A stretch of DNA of 64,000 nucleotides, from positions 32,001-96,000 of IMG/VR virus record IMGVR_UViG_3300046328_000321. One strand, given 5' to 3'. This DNA is from a virus. The stretch's first letter is position 1. Every line of letters begins with the position of its first letter. The notes under the pieces are model-generated. The model ran no database searches and was not told the origin of the DNA. It saw only the letters and a program-made list of their open reading frames with translations. Positions 38,099 through 48,749 of this stretch are shown one piece after another. A program made the translations under genes and the position numbers.

Positions 38099-38178
38099 TA
38101 ATATTTATAGAATTTATATGTAAATATGATTTTAAAATAAGTTTTATTTACATTCTATAACAATATGTTGGTGGTATA

Positions 38179-38880
38179 ATGACACGAATGACTTTACGTG
38201 AAATGAGTGAAATGGGAAAACAGCATAAAAAATCAACAGTTAACTATACGGAATTAACAAAATCGTATAAAACAGGTCATGATATATCTTTGCTAGATAC
38301 TATTGCTTCAGATTTAGATTTAATTGATTATATTAAAGCACATAAGAAAATATATTGTTTAGATGCACATTGTGTCCACCCTAATTATAGGTTAGATATA
38401 ATCTATGCTTTAAATGTATTTGAAGGTTGTCAACATTATGATCTGACTTTAAAAGAAAAGAAATTAGCCATTATAGCTGCTCTTTTTAGAAATATTAAAA
38501 AGTCAACAGTTACTTCAAATGTGTACAGGCAATTACAGCAAGATGGTAGAAGTATTGATGTTAAAGACATAGATATTTTAGATACTGTATTTCATCTGAA
38601 TAAACGAAAAACAAAACCATCTAAAAATGATACAGTCATATCTATGATTCTTTGGGATGCTAGATATATGTATCTTTATAATCCAGATTTAAATAGATTA
38701 GATTATTTGCTAGAAGTGTTTCAGGGTAAAGAAGTTAATGAACTTGCTGCAAGTTACATGGCTAGAAAAATTATTAATATTGAATTTACTACCAATTGGG
38801 GCAGATTAAAAGCTTTTAAACTCAATTGGTCAGATGTTGTTATCAACATCTATAAAGATTGGAAAATGGCAGTTATTTAA
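38179..38880 (+). CDS. Hypothetical protein (possible degenerate HD fold)
   Basis: IIAALF and ILWDA segments; lies before the DNA polymerase. Confidence 0.5.
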   Translation: MTRMTLREMSEMGKQHKKSTVNYTELTKSYKTGHDISLLDTIASDLDLIDYIKAHKKIYCLDAHCVHPNYRLDIIYALNVFEGCQHYDLTLKEKKLAIIAALFRNIKKSTVTSNVYRQLQQDGRSIDVKDIDILDTVFHLNKRKTKPSKNDTVISMILWDARYMYLYNPDLNRLDYLLEVFQGKEVNELAASYMARKIINIEFTTNWGRLKAFKLNWSDVVINIYKDWKMAVI

Positions 38881-38966
38881 ATATTGACACCTTACCACCT
38901 GAAAGGGTGGTAAGGTGTCTTCATCTTATTTTATATCTCAGTTCTATCGTTTGATAAGGAGTGAAT

Positions 38967-41090
38967 ATGTCTAGTAATCCATTTTTGAAATCAGCAGATG
39001 AATATGATAGGGATATAGATCCTATCAAACATTATATTTCCCAATCAGCTTATTTTCTTCATAAGCAAAAAGGTAAATCCATAGCCTACTATGAGGAACA
39101 GCTAAGGAAAAAACTGTTTGATGGTTCTATTCCAGATATACGTAACCCCACCGTAACTCATTACGAACGTGGAGAAAATGGTGACCGTTATGTTACCAAA
39201 TCAGGTCTTTATCAATATATCACCGGTGTGCAAAAAACCAATAGAATCATAGCTCCTACATTCACTACATATTTATCATCCAAGGAACAACCTTCTATTC
39301 TTGTAGACTTTGTAGACGATAACGTAGCTGGTAGGTCTAAATCTAAGAAAGAAGCATTTGTTGCTAAAACAGATGGTAACATGGTGCTGTTTGCCATCAA
39401 AGATAATGAACAGAATAATAAGAAGACTTATAATAACTCTTTGTCTGGTGCTTTTGGATCTAAGGGTTCACCTTTTTATAACCCAACAGCCCACAGTACT
39501 TTAACCAGCACAGTCAGAACAGAAAGTTCATTAGGTAATGCACTCAATGAAAAAATCGTAGCTGGCAGTAGACATTATAAAGACATCCAAACTACTTTAA
39601 ACAATGTGATTACACTTTCAATGAGTGTGGATCAAGAGTTTAAAAATACTATTCATAAATACAAATTACACATGCCTACAATAGATGAGACCATGGATTG
39701 TATTCAGTACTCATCTAAGTTGTATTGGTTAGACAGCAGAGGTACTGCCTCTATACGCAGATTAGTAGAAAAATTAGATGGATATGAAAGAGCTGCTGTG
39801 GTTTATATCAGCGATCTTTATCATATTCGTAAACATAATGAAAATTTCATCAGACAATTTTTGTTCAGAATATCCAGGAAAATTACTGATAAAATTTATG
39901 ACGAACCCATTAAAGTCATCCATAATCTTGATGAAAGCTTTGTAAATTACGGACATCAGATATGTCAGACAGAGATGAGAGGGTTTGGTAAGAAATATAA
40001 TGAACTTTCTTTAGAATCTGTTAATACCGTAGCTGCTACTTGTGTGAACATAAAAACAATAGTGGATGAATATCTAGATTTCATAAGAAGTTTTTTTCTA
40101 ACTAATAACGTACCTGCTAGTACAGCATTTATACCCAACATGATGCGTAGAGCTGTGGTTCTAAGTGACACAGATTCCACCATGTTTTCAGTAGATGATT
40201 ATGTGCAATGGTATTTTGGCGAATTGTGTTTTCACGATGAGGCTTTTGCAATAGCAGGTGCTGTAGTTTTTTTGGCTACTCAATGTATCGCGCATACGTT
40301 GGCTATTTTTTCTTCCAACATGGGTGTGGATAAGAAAAAGCTTTTTCAGATAGCTATGAAACCAGAGTTTGTGTTTCCTGTATTTGCCCAAACACCTGTA
40401 TCTAAACATTATTTTACTTTTAAAACCATTCAAGAAGGTAATGTTTATAAGAAACCAGATTTTGAAATCAAAGGTGTGCATCTGAAAAATTCCGCTTCCC
40501 CAGTGGAAGTGATTAAAGATGCCACAGGTTTGATGGAGAAATTACTTTTAGATATTTACGCAGGTAAGAAAATTAGATTGGCTGAAGTGATTAAACATAT
40601 AGCCGATCTAGAAAAAACCATTATTAAATCTTTGCTTACTGGTGAGGTTACTTATTATAAGAGAAGTAAAGTCAAATCCAAAGAAAGTTATTCTCAAGAT
40701 GAGGATCAGTCTAATTTTAAATGGCATAAATTTTGGCAACTTGTTTTTCAACCTACATATGGTGAAATACCCCTACCACCTTACAGTGTTTTGAAAGTAC
40801 CAACCACAGTGACCAATATCACTGGGTATAAAGAGTGGTTAGATAAGATAGATAACGATTCTTTTAAGCAAGCTTTAATGGGATGGATGGCATCCCGTAA
40901 TAAAGTAGATTTACCTACTTTATATATACCCATGGATTATGTATTAGCTAGAGGTATGCCTAAAGAAGCTTTGGCTGTGTTAGATGCAGAAAAAATTGTA
41001 TTGGATCTTACAAGTACGTATAGACTTATATTAGGCAGTTTGGGATTTTACGGTAAAACAAACATGTCTTTGACAGCTCAAGGTTATTAA
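38967..41090 (+). CDS. Family B DNA polymerase catalytic subunit (phiKZ gp50-like)
   Basis: KTYNNSLSG (motif B), VVLSDTDSTMF (motif C), MKPEF, KHY, EIKGVHLK. Confidence 0.85.
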   Translation: MSSNPFLKSADEYDRDIDPIKHYISQSAYFLHKQKGKSIAYYEEQLRKKLFDGSIPDIRNPTVTHYERGENGDRYVTKSGLYQYITGVQKTNRIIAPTFTTYLSSKEQPSILVDFVDDNVAGRSKSKKEAFVAKTDGNMVLFAIKDNEQNNKKTYNNSLSGAFGSKGSPFYNPTAHSTLTSTVRTESSLGNALNEKIVAGSRHYKDIQTTLNNVITLSMSVDQEFKNTIHKYKLHMPTIDETMDCIQYSSKLYWLDSRGTASIRRLVEKLDGYERAAVVYISDLYHIRKHNENFIRQFLFRISRKITDKIYDEPIKVIHNLDESFVNYGHQICQTEMRGFGKKYNELSLESVNTVAATCVNIKTIVDEYLDFIRSFFLTNNVPASTAFIPNMMRRAVVLSDTDSTMFSVDDYVQWYFGELCFHDEAFAIAGAVVFLATQCIAHTLAIFSSNMGVDKKKLFQIAMKPEFVFPVFAQTPVSKHYFTFKTIQEGNVYKKPDFEIKGVHLKNSASPVEVIKDATGLMEKLLLDIYAGKKIRLAEVIKHIADLEKTIIKSLLTGEVTYYKRSKVKSKESYSQDEDQSNFKWHKFWQLVFQPTYGEIPLPPYSVLKVPTTVTNITGYKEWLDKIDNDSFKQALMGWMASRNKVDLPTLYIPMDYVLARGMPKEALAVLDAEKIVLDLTSTYRLILGSLGFYGKTNMSLTAQGY

Positions 41091-41195
41091 ACCATATTCA
41101 CTCCTCTTCTAGACTATTTTAAGTATACATACTTTATTTGAGCTATTACAGTTTAAACTGATGTATCTGTCAGTACTGTATATAAGGAGATGAAG

Positions 41196-41684
41196 ATGAC
41201 TGTAATTACAAACCAGTATGGTACCTTTCATTATAATGAAAAGGGTGAATATCACCGTGAAGATGGTCCTGCTATAGAAGGTACCAATGGTGATAAAGCC
41301 TGGTATCTGAACGGTAAACTTCATCGCACAGATGGTCCTGCTGTCCAAGATGTGAGTGGTACTAAAGAATGGTGGGTCAACGGCAAACGGCACCGGATCG
41401 ACGGTCCTGCTATTGAAACATTAGGTGGTTATAAAGCCTGGTTCGTTAACGATCAACGACATCGTACAGATGGTCCTGCTGTCGAATATGTAAATGGTGA
41501 TAAAACATACTGGGTCAATGATCAACACCATCGTGAAGATGGACCTGCTGTGGAAGGTGCGGATGGTTATAAAGCCTGGTATCTGAACGGTAAACTTCAT
41601 CGTACAGATGGTCCTGCTGTAATATGGATAAATGATTATAAACAATACTGGGTTAACGGTGTTAAACAAAACCCACCTGGTTAA
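41196..41684 (+). CDS. HRxDGPA-repeat protein, copy G (6 repeats)
   Basis: Cassette leader ~41107-41195, KQNPPG end, terminator ~41694-41733. Confidence 0.9.
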   Translation: MTVITNQYGTFHYNEKGEYHREDGPAIEGTNGDKAWYLNGKLHRTDGPAVQDVSGTKEWWVNGKRHRIDGPAIETLGGYKAWFVNDQRHRTDGPAVEYVNGDKTYWVNDQHHREDGPAVEGADGYKAWYLNGKLHRTDGPAVIWINDYKQYWVNGVKQNPPG

Positions 41685-41736
41685 CTGATATAAATATACA
41701 CACAGCTTATCAGGCTGTGTGTATATTTTTTTTGTT

Positions 41737-42546
41737 TTAAATACCAGGACTTATTTGCAGTCTAATAAATCTACTATAATTCGTAGCAGAGTTCATGAAA
41801 TTAACAGCTTGCCAAACTTCCCTTAATTGAGTCTGATACATTTCTTCACTATCTGCCAAACCATCCACATAATTCTTAAACGCACCCAATTCTTGACCAC
41901 CAGACAAAAATGCCTGATCAATCCGAATTAACATAGTGTTATAAATATAAGCTTTAACAGCTAATTCACATAACTTACAAAATACATGCCAAGATCTTGG
42001 ATTGATATTTTCCATATTCTGTTCATTACCCACTACACATCTCAATACATAATAGTAATTGGGATGTGAGCTATCTCTAATAACTACAGTGGACCGCTCT
42101 ACCAATTCAGCTGTAGCATTGGACATAATAGGTACCGAGGAGAAGGAATTACCTACTCTAGCAGCAACACCCAATACATCACTGGAACATTCATTATTAA
42201 TAGCAGGAAATCCGTTGTTACCTATTCCATAAGGAGCTAATCCCACACTTAACACAGACATAATACTTCTATTATTCAATCTTTCAGGTGGGATGTGATA
42301 TAAGAGACTATATCTGTCTATATATTCAGGATTTAATCCATCTAAAGGAATCAAAGTGATTTGACCTCCCACGATATTGGTGTCCAATACCACTCTAGGT
42401 TTAATAACTTTACTTAATATTTCAGAATCCATACTCACAGGAGCCATAGGTCTCCAAGATCCATAGTTAGGACGAAATGTTTCTTGTAACACTTGGATAG
42501 GTATTCTATATTTGACCTCATCCAAAGCTTTTGTCATGATGGACAT
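41737..42546 (-). CDS. Conserved phiKZ-like core protein
   Basis: Position between DNA polymerase and chimallin; KAYIYN...GGQELG. Confidence 0.6.
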   Translation of the reverse strand: MSIMTKALDEVKYRIPIQVLQETFRPNYGSWRPMAPVSMDSEILSKVIKPRVVLDTNIVGGQITLIPLDGLNPEYIDRYSLLYHIPPERLNNRSIMSVLSVGLAPYGIGNNGFPAINNECSSDVLGVAARVGNSFSSVPIMSNATAELVERSTVVIRDSSHPNYYYVLRCVVGNEQNMENINPRSWHVFCKLCELAVKAYIYNTMLIRIDQAFLSGGQELGAFKNYVDGLADSEEMYQTQLREVWQAVNFMNSATNYSRFIRLQISPGI

Positions 42547-42555
42547 AAAGTATCC

Positions 42556-43686
42556 TTATTTAGAAAATTCATTAGCAAATATGATGTCATCCATAAACAG
42601 TTCATCTTTTTTCATAAAATCTAAACTGTTGTCTCTGTCTAATCTAGCAAGGTCATTTCTAAGATCTTGAATATAGAAATTATTTAATCTCCTACCCTTC
42701 TCAGGATTTTGAGTCAATAACAGTTCCATAGTGCGTCGTTTAGCCATTAACAAATACCACCAGACTTGTTTAGTAGGTGCTAAATCAGGCATCAAACCAA
42801 ACTCTTGAAAGTCTTCTGAATAGACAGAAGGTATCAGTTTTAATACACTATAGTAATGCATAGGTTTACGTTTTACATGTTTGACTAACTCATATAAGAC
42901 ATTATCCAAACTCGTATCTTGATCGATTATAGGAAAAGGGTGATTCTTATAAGTATCACCCATAGGCTGACCTGTTAGTAAATTATTAAACCTATTAAAG
43001 ATCACCAACTCTAAATGAGATCTCATCATGTTAGGTAGCACATACCGCATGATAAATTGCGAGATAGGGGCAATTCCACCATCTGTATTTATTCTAATGT
43101 CAAGTTGTTTTTCATAAAAAGCACGATACATCAGTAACAGTTTAGGTATATCTATCTTGACATAATTAATACCTTCTTCTGAATTATAATTAGGATTATC
43201 AGGTATTAGAAACCTAGTGTTACTTACATTGTGGGTAATAACCTCTACAGGTCTCATATTTTCCCAATTTCTATAAGCTTCTTCTACATCAAAGTAATCA
43301 GAAACAGAAAGTAAACAAGTCAATCCTCTGTATAAAAAATCTTTTCTGAATCTTCCAAAACTAACTTCTGATGTAAGTTCGAAATGGCGAGCGTAGTTAT
43401 TAACTCTTAAGTTATTAAGTTGGTTGAATCTGTATATATCCAAAGACATACCAGACAAAGCTGTTGTGATGATCCTGCAAAATAAATGTTTACTTCTAAC
43501 AGAAAATCCAGATGTCCTATAATAGTTTTCAATTTTAGTAATTTGTTTTTGAAAATTTCTTTTTATCAAATCAAATTGGCCTGGACGTATGAGGTCGTTG
43601 TTTTCTTGATAGTGTTTTGTGAACAACTCGTACATGATGATGTCTTTTTTAATAGAACTATAGGATTGCTGGTAAGATTGGAACAT
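42556..43686 (-). CDS. Conserved phiKZ-like core protein (start likely 43635)
   Basis: Divergent from chimallin, as recalled for phiKZ-like genomes. Confidence 0.6.
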   Translation of the reverse strand: MFQSYQQSYSSIKKDIIMYELFTKHYQENNDLIRPGQFDLIKRNFQKQITKIENYYRTSGFSVRSKHLFCRIITTALSGMSLDIYRFNQLNNLRVNNYARHFELTSEVSFGRFRKDFLYRGLTCLLSVSDYFDVEEAYRNWENMRPVEVITHNVSNTRFLIPDNPNYNSEEGINYVKIDIPKLLLMYRAFYEKQLDIRINTDGGIAPISQFIMRYVLPNMMRSHLELVIFNRFNNLLTGQPMGDTYKNHPFPIIDQDTSLDNVLYELVKHVKRKPMHYYSVLKLIPSVYSEDFQEFGLMPDLAPTKQVWWYLLMAKRRTMELLLTQNPEKGRRLNNFYIQDLRNDLARLDRDNSLDFMKKDELFMDDIIFANEFSK

Positions 43687-43921
43687 TTTTTACGGATAGT
43701 GTACTTATAATATGGAACTTAACGTTCAATCAATTCAGAGGGTAACCTCTGAGTAAATCATTGGTCGCGAATTTTCCCGTTTCTAAAAAAACTAGGACTT
43801 ACATACTTAATATGGAGTCGCTGGTTGATTAGTTTCAACGGGTAGTTCTACTTAGTCTTTAGTCATAAAGGCTGATTGTGCACAATCATTATTTAACTTC
43901 CATACTTCAAGGAAAATCAAA

Positions 43922-45757
43922 ATGGCTATCATTCACGACGACAAAATCACCACCTCTGCTCCTAAGGTACAAGACCAGCATGTTAATACCAACACTGCTG
44001 CCGTACAGCGTAATAGCTGGAACTTTGGTTCCGGTGGTAATATTTTTGCGGCACCTATTGGTCGCAGTATCGGTTCAGAAGTTTACAACGAGCTGAAAGG
44101 TTCGCTGATTGAGATTTATAAGAATGCTCAAAGTGATGCGTCTATCTCCATCTTGGACATGGATAATCAAAACGAAAGTGCTCTTGCATTTTCATGTCTG
44201 ATTGTTGCCATGCGGTTGAAGAACGTCCCCAATAAGGTTGCATATCACATTCTGATGTTGGAAGCTACCGGTGAACGTCCAAATCCAGTAATCCAATATA
44301 ATGGATCTAAGCAGATTGAACTACATCGTACTGCCGGCGATGCGATCGATGATATCCTTATTGGTAAGGCAAAGAGTATTGTTCAACGTGCATTTCCTTC
44401 TCATGAAACCCATTATACCGACACCACTGTCGTACCAGCGGGTTTCAATATGAAGGACAAAGCGGCTGTATACAAGTTGGCGTTGAATGCTGGTCTAGCC
44501 AACGGTACCGAATTGGAAACTTCTTCCAACACGTTCCAGGATCTGAATGTGAGTCAGATTCCCCAAGGTCAGCAATTGGTAGTGAACATGACCTTCGGGT
44601 CCACACCCATCGCCGATGATGTCGGTAACCTGATGCGTTCTGACTTCCAATTGAGCTTTGCTGCACAAAACAGTAAAGCTCAAAACAATCAGTCGTTGAA
44701 CAGTGGGGGTCGTGAGACTCGTATTGCTGACGTGGCTGGTTTTGTGGAAATGCTTTGGGCACCTGTGGAACCCATGGTCAATCCATACATGCCTGTGCAA
44801 CAACGACAGACACAGAAATTTGCTGCTCGTTCTGTCATCACCAGCATGACTTCTACACACAGCTATACTCCTGGATCTATGCTGTTGGCTGTGGCTATGT
44901 TGGACGCTTTGGCTCTCCATAATAACTATTACCAAGTCTTCCGTCCCTCTATGACGAAAGATCTGGATATTCGTGATGTGGGTGCCCTGAATATTGAAGG
45001 TAACTACGATAACAACCCAACCGGTGTGTCGTCTGTACTGGATACCAAGTCCTCCAGCTTCTCTCATGAGAACCTGGGTATGTTCTTGAATGCTTTAGTG
45101 CGTCCTGGTATGTTGGTGGCTATCGATTGTCCAGTCGGCGGTGCTCAATCTTGGTATACAGGTCTGTACGATGCAGCTTCCACTCGTGGTGGTTCTGCCT
45201 ATGACATCTTATACACAGCTGCGCAAGAACTGACGAATGGTAACTTTGCTCGTTTGTTCCCCAAGGGTGCACAGATGTTCTTGGATGCGGGTAATCGTAT
45301 TCATACGGGTATCTATACTGATCGCCAAGGTGCTCAGCGTGATATTCGAGATATCGACTATCTTGCAGCAGCAAACATTCTGGGTGCTAATAACGTGCAA
45401 GCGTTGCGTCAGTACACTGAAACATTCTGGAATCAGAACATCAGCTTGGCTGAGCGTTTGTCGGATCGTAAGCGTATGATTTCCAGCATGACCAACGAGA
45501 CTGCTACTTTTACCGGGTATGCAAATCGAGTTACTTTTTCTGGTACTTTCATCGAAGCACTACGTAAAGGTATCCAGGCATGTAACATGAATGTACGGAT
45601 CAACAGTCCGATGAGCGGTGCAGATTTCAACGCTCAACGCGGCGTTGCAACATTTGCTAACGCAGGTCTGATTGTACCTACCGGTTCGTTCATGGGTTTT
45701 GGCATTGCTCCTCAACACATGCAAAACATGATGCACATGGGTGGTTACCGCTATTAA
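43922..45757 (+). CDS. chmA: Chimallin (phage nuclear shell protein, phiKZ gp54-like)
   Basis: 611 aa, immediately upstream of the nvRNAP beta-prime gene, own promoter and terminator, codon bias suggesting high expression; co-occurs with PhuZ. Confidence 0.8.
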   Translation: MAIIHDDKITTSAPKVQDQHVNTNTAAVQRNSWNFGSGGNIFAAPIGRSIGSEVYNELKGSLIEIYKNAQSDASISILDMDNQNESALAFSCLIVAMRLKNVPNKVAYHILMLEATGERPNPVIQYNGSKQIELHRTAGDAIDDILIGKAKSIVQRAFPSHETHYTDTTVVPAGFNMKDKAAVYKLALNAGLANGTELETSSNTFQDLNVSQIPQGQQLVVNMTFGSTPIADDVGNLMRSDFQLSFAAQNSKAQNNQSLNSGGRETRIADVAGFVEMLWAPVEPMVNPYMPVQQRQTQKFAARSVITSMTSTHSYTPGSMLLAVAMLDALALHNNYYQVFRPSMTKDLDIRDVGALNIEGNYDNNPTGVSSVLDTKSSSFSHENLGMFLNALVRPGMLVAIDCPVGGAQSWYTGLYDAASTRGGSAYDILYTAAQELTNGNFARLFPKGAQMFLDAGNRIHTGIYTDRQGAQRDIRDIDYLAAANILGANNVQALRQYTETFWNQNISLAERLSDRKRMISSMTNETATFTGYANRVTFSGTFIEALRKGIQACNMNVRINSPMSGADFNAQRGVATFANAGLIVPTGSFMGFGIAPQHMQNMMHMGGYRY

Positions 45758-45916
45758 TCTGTTACCGTGAAAAGTAACTGAGTGTAAAGATACCCAGCTT
45801 CGGCTGGGTATCTTTTTTTTTTTTCTGCTATATAACCTTTGAAAAATATACTAATACTATATACTTTATGTGATGGTATTTCCTAATATCATCAAACAAC
45901 CAAAGGAGTATCGCCT

Positions 45917-48748
45917 ATGCCTGTCATACAGGAAATCATTCAGTTTGATGATATGTTTCATAAACTACATCACACACCTACTCTTATTAACCACATAGCT
46001 TGCGCCACATTGGAAGATAGGGAGAAGGTAAAAGAAATTCTTACCACTCATCTTAACAGTGATCAGATAAGTTTAGTACCTTCATGTCAATGCGGAGCTA
46101 CTAAAGGTGAATATTCCAAGAGTATGGTTTGTCCCGTCTGTAATACAGAAGTAAAAACTTCTGTGACTACAGATATCGAACCAGTAGTCTGGCTGAAGCA
46201 ACCAGAGAGTGTGGATAAGTTGATCAGTCCTATCTTTCTGATGATGTTAATCAAAAGGTTTACCAAATCAGGATTCTCAGTGATCGAATGGTTATGTAAT
46301 ACAAATTACTCTTCGACATCTAAACCTCCTGATAAAGTATTAGCTAAAATCCAGACATGTGGGATTGAACGAGGTTATAACAACTTCGTTAGGAATTTTG
46401 ATCCTATTATGGATTTGTTGTTTTCATTCATTGAGTTTGCTCCTAAAACTCAAAAGTTTGAAATGAAACAAGAAGACAAAATAGATCATTTACAACAACT
46501 AATCAGAGATCACAGAAACGCGATCTTTAGTGAGTATTTACCCATCCCAAATAAGATCATTTTGATCTTTGACACCCAGCCATTAGGGACTTATACTGAT
46601 CCTTCAGTAATGAAAGCTGTGGATGCTATTAACACAATGGTGTCCATTGATCGAGATTTCTATGATCAGAGTTCAAAAACCAAACAGAACCGTACGATCA
46701 AAGCTTTGATGTTACTTTGTGATTTTTATAACGATACCTTATTGTTAATGGCACATAAGCATGGTCATTTCCGTAAGCACATGTTTGGTAGTAGAACCAA
46801 TTTTTCTTTCCGAGCTGTAATCACATCGATTACAGCCGGTAAGAATTATGATGAGATCGAAGCTCCATGGTGTATGGCAATCACAGCATTCCGTATTCAT
46901 TTGTTGAATAAACTTTTGAAATACGGTATGGGTCATAACGAAGGGTTAGGATTTTTGTATAAACATACGTACAAACACCATTCTCTTCTGGAAAGATTCA
47001 TGCAGGAGATGATTGATGAGACCCCAATGAAAGGTATTTTCATTTGTTTGCAACGCAATTAACTATTTAGGTTGCCTTTATCAGTAATGGTAAAGTAAAA
47101 TTCTCCTTAATTGACGGGAACATCCTGCTAAAAACTTGTACACCAAACTACAATAGAAATATATGTAGCGGCCAAGGTAACTACTTGGGTATGGTAAAAG
47201 AAACAAGTCTGGGATAATCCGCAGCCGAACTCTTAACCAGAAATGGAAAGAGATGGGTTCAACGACTAGTCGAAAGACGTAACTCTTAGCAAGAGTGAAA
47301 CAGGAGACCCCTTTTGTATAAAAGGGTGAAGATATAGTCTGCTCTCGTATGAATAATACGAGCGGGTGTCGTAGCACACCGGGTAAAGAGAGTAAGCTGT
47401 TTAAGCTGAGCGACTTTACTGGACAATGGCCGAGTTTGTTACAAGGGTCAGCTCAACGAGTGAAAATCACAAAGTTCAAAACTAACCCTATGGACTTGAC
47501 TATAGGGATGCACATCTTAACAGTGCGTGCTAATCATTATTGGCATTTAACCAGGTAACTGGTTAAAGAATCTCTTCGAATTGCTGGAAACTCCTTAGAG
47601 TCTCATTACCACTGCGAGCTGTAAAGCAAAGCCACGGTTTAAAAAGTATGAGAATTGGACAATCAGCAGCGAAACTTCCTACGGGAAGTACGTTCAACGA
47701 TCATCGGAGTTACGCCCGAGTAGAACCTCAAGCGAGGAAGAAGTGGAGAGCACCCTACTATTTATGAGGGTGAAGATATGATCTGTTCCTGTATGAAAAT
47801 ACAGGCGGGTGTCTTAGCACACCGAGTAAAGAGAGTAAGCTATTATAGCTGAGCGGCTTTACTGGACAATAAGCCAAATGCTGATCAAAAGGTCCTCTTA
47901 ACTTGCGAAGGTTAAGATGTATTTCCTGAATTGCTGGGAACTCTCGTTAGACTGTTGAACTAAAGCGGAGTGTGAAAACACAAACGTAAATGTTTGAAAA
48001 TCAGCAGGTAGAGACAATCAGCAGCTAAGACGCTAAAGACAGTTGTGAAACTGGCTATGCGTAAAGTTCAACGACTATCCGGTAGCACGGAGTAGACCCA
48101 TGAGGGTCAAAGTAGGAAACGTCTCTAGGAAGACGGTGATATAGTCTGCTCTCACATGAGAATGTGAGCGGGTGTCAAAGCACACCGGGTGAGGAATCGA
48201 AAGATGGCTTCACTGGACAAAAGGTTTGATGGTAGAGTATTGCCATCTCTAAACATTCTTAACTGCGGGAAACTCCTTAGAGCTTTGTTGACCAACCTGT
48301 GGTAGAAATACACACAGCGGCTGAACTAACTATTCAGATATGGTAAAACTAACAAAGATTGGACAATCCGCACCGAAGCTCCTAACTAAGTATATTAACA
48401 TATACTTACATGGAGTGTGGCCAACGACTATCCCGTAAGGGAGTACACTCAAGCGAGTGGAAACAGAATGTACCGAAAGGTAAAGATATAGTCTAATCAG
48501 ATATGAAAGTATCTGGATCCTTAAGCAAGATCGATGAGTAGTAGCGTACTCAGGTTGGTGCTAGAGAGTTATGGTTTATGGATGCTCTCAACGTATCCAT
48601 AGCTCTTGATCAGAAAATGTCAGATATGTGGTATCCACTTTCACCGGAGTTCAACATCTTCCAAATGACAAAACCATTTCAAGTATCGGGAAACATAGCG
48701 ATCCCTAAACCTAACATCGCTACCATTTCATCTTGGTTGGAAAACTAG
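45917..48748 (+). CDS. rpoC: nvRNAP beta-prime N-terminal subunit (phiKZ gp55-like), 5 exons: 45917-47059, 47430-47531, 47874-47885, 48225-48233, 48581-48748; 477 aa spliced
   Basis: Zinc finger CQC..CPVC, FRKHMFGSR, FRAVI; splicing restores QRNPSL and PNADFDGD in frame. Confidence 0.92.
47060..47429 (+). ncRNA. Group I intron 1 (370 nt, no ORF)
   Basis: P1 gcaau/guugc with U.G; P aattgacgggaa, Q aatccgcagc, R gttcaacgacta, S aagatatagtct; terminal G. Confidence 0.92.
47532..47873 (+). ncRNA. Group I intron 2 (342 nt, no ORF)
   Basis: P1 ugcu/ggca; P aattgctggaaa, Q aatcagcagc, P7 gatca/tgatc (compensatory variant); terminal G. Confidence 0.92.
47886..48224 (+). ncRNA. Group I intron 3 (339 nt, no ORF)
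   Basis: P1 gau/guc; P aattgctgggaa, Q aatcagcagc, R gttcaacgacta, S gatatagtct; terminal G. Confidence 0.9.
48234..48580 (+). ncRNA. Group I intron 4 (347 nt, no ORF)
   Basis: P1 gauggu/gccauc; P aactgcgggaaa, Q aatccgcacc, R ccaacgacta, S aagatatagtct; terminal G. Confidence 0.92.
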
Positions 48749-48749
48749 T

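Noticed and set aside
47081-47558. ORFs 47081-47377 (-) and 47349-47558 (+) as independent genes
   Set aside because: They overlap intron 1; only 47430-47531 is coding (exon 2)
47060-48580. Stop-codon recoding, pseudogenisation or inteins as the cause of the broken RNAP genes
   Set aside because: Group I intron cores with exact in-frame junctions explain the breaks; other genes read normally in the standard code
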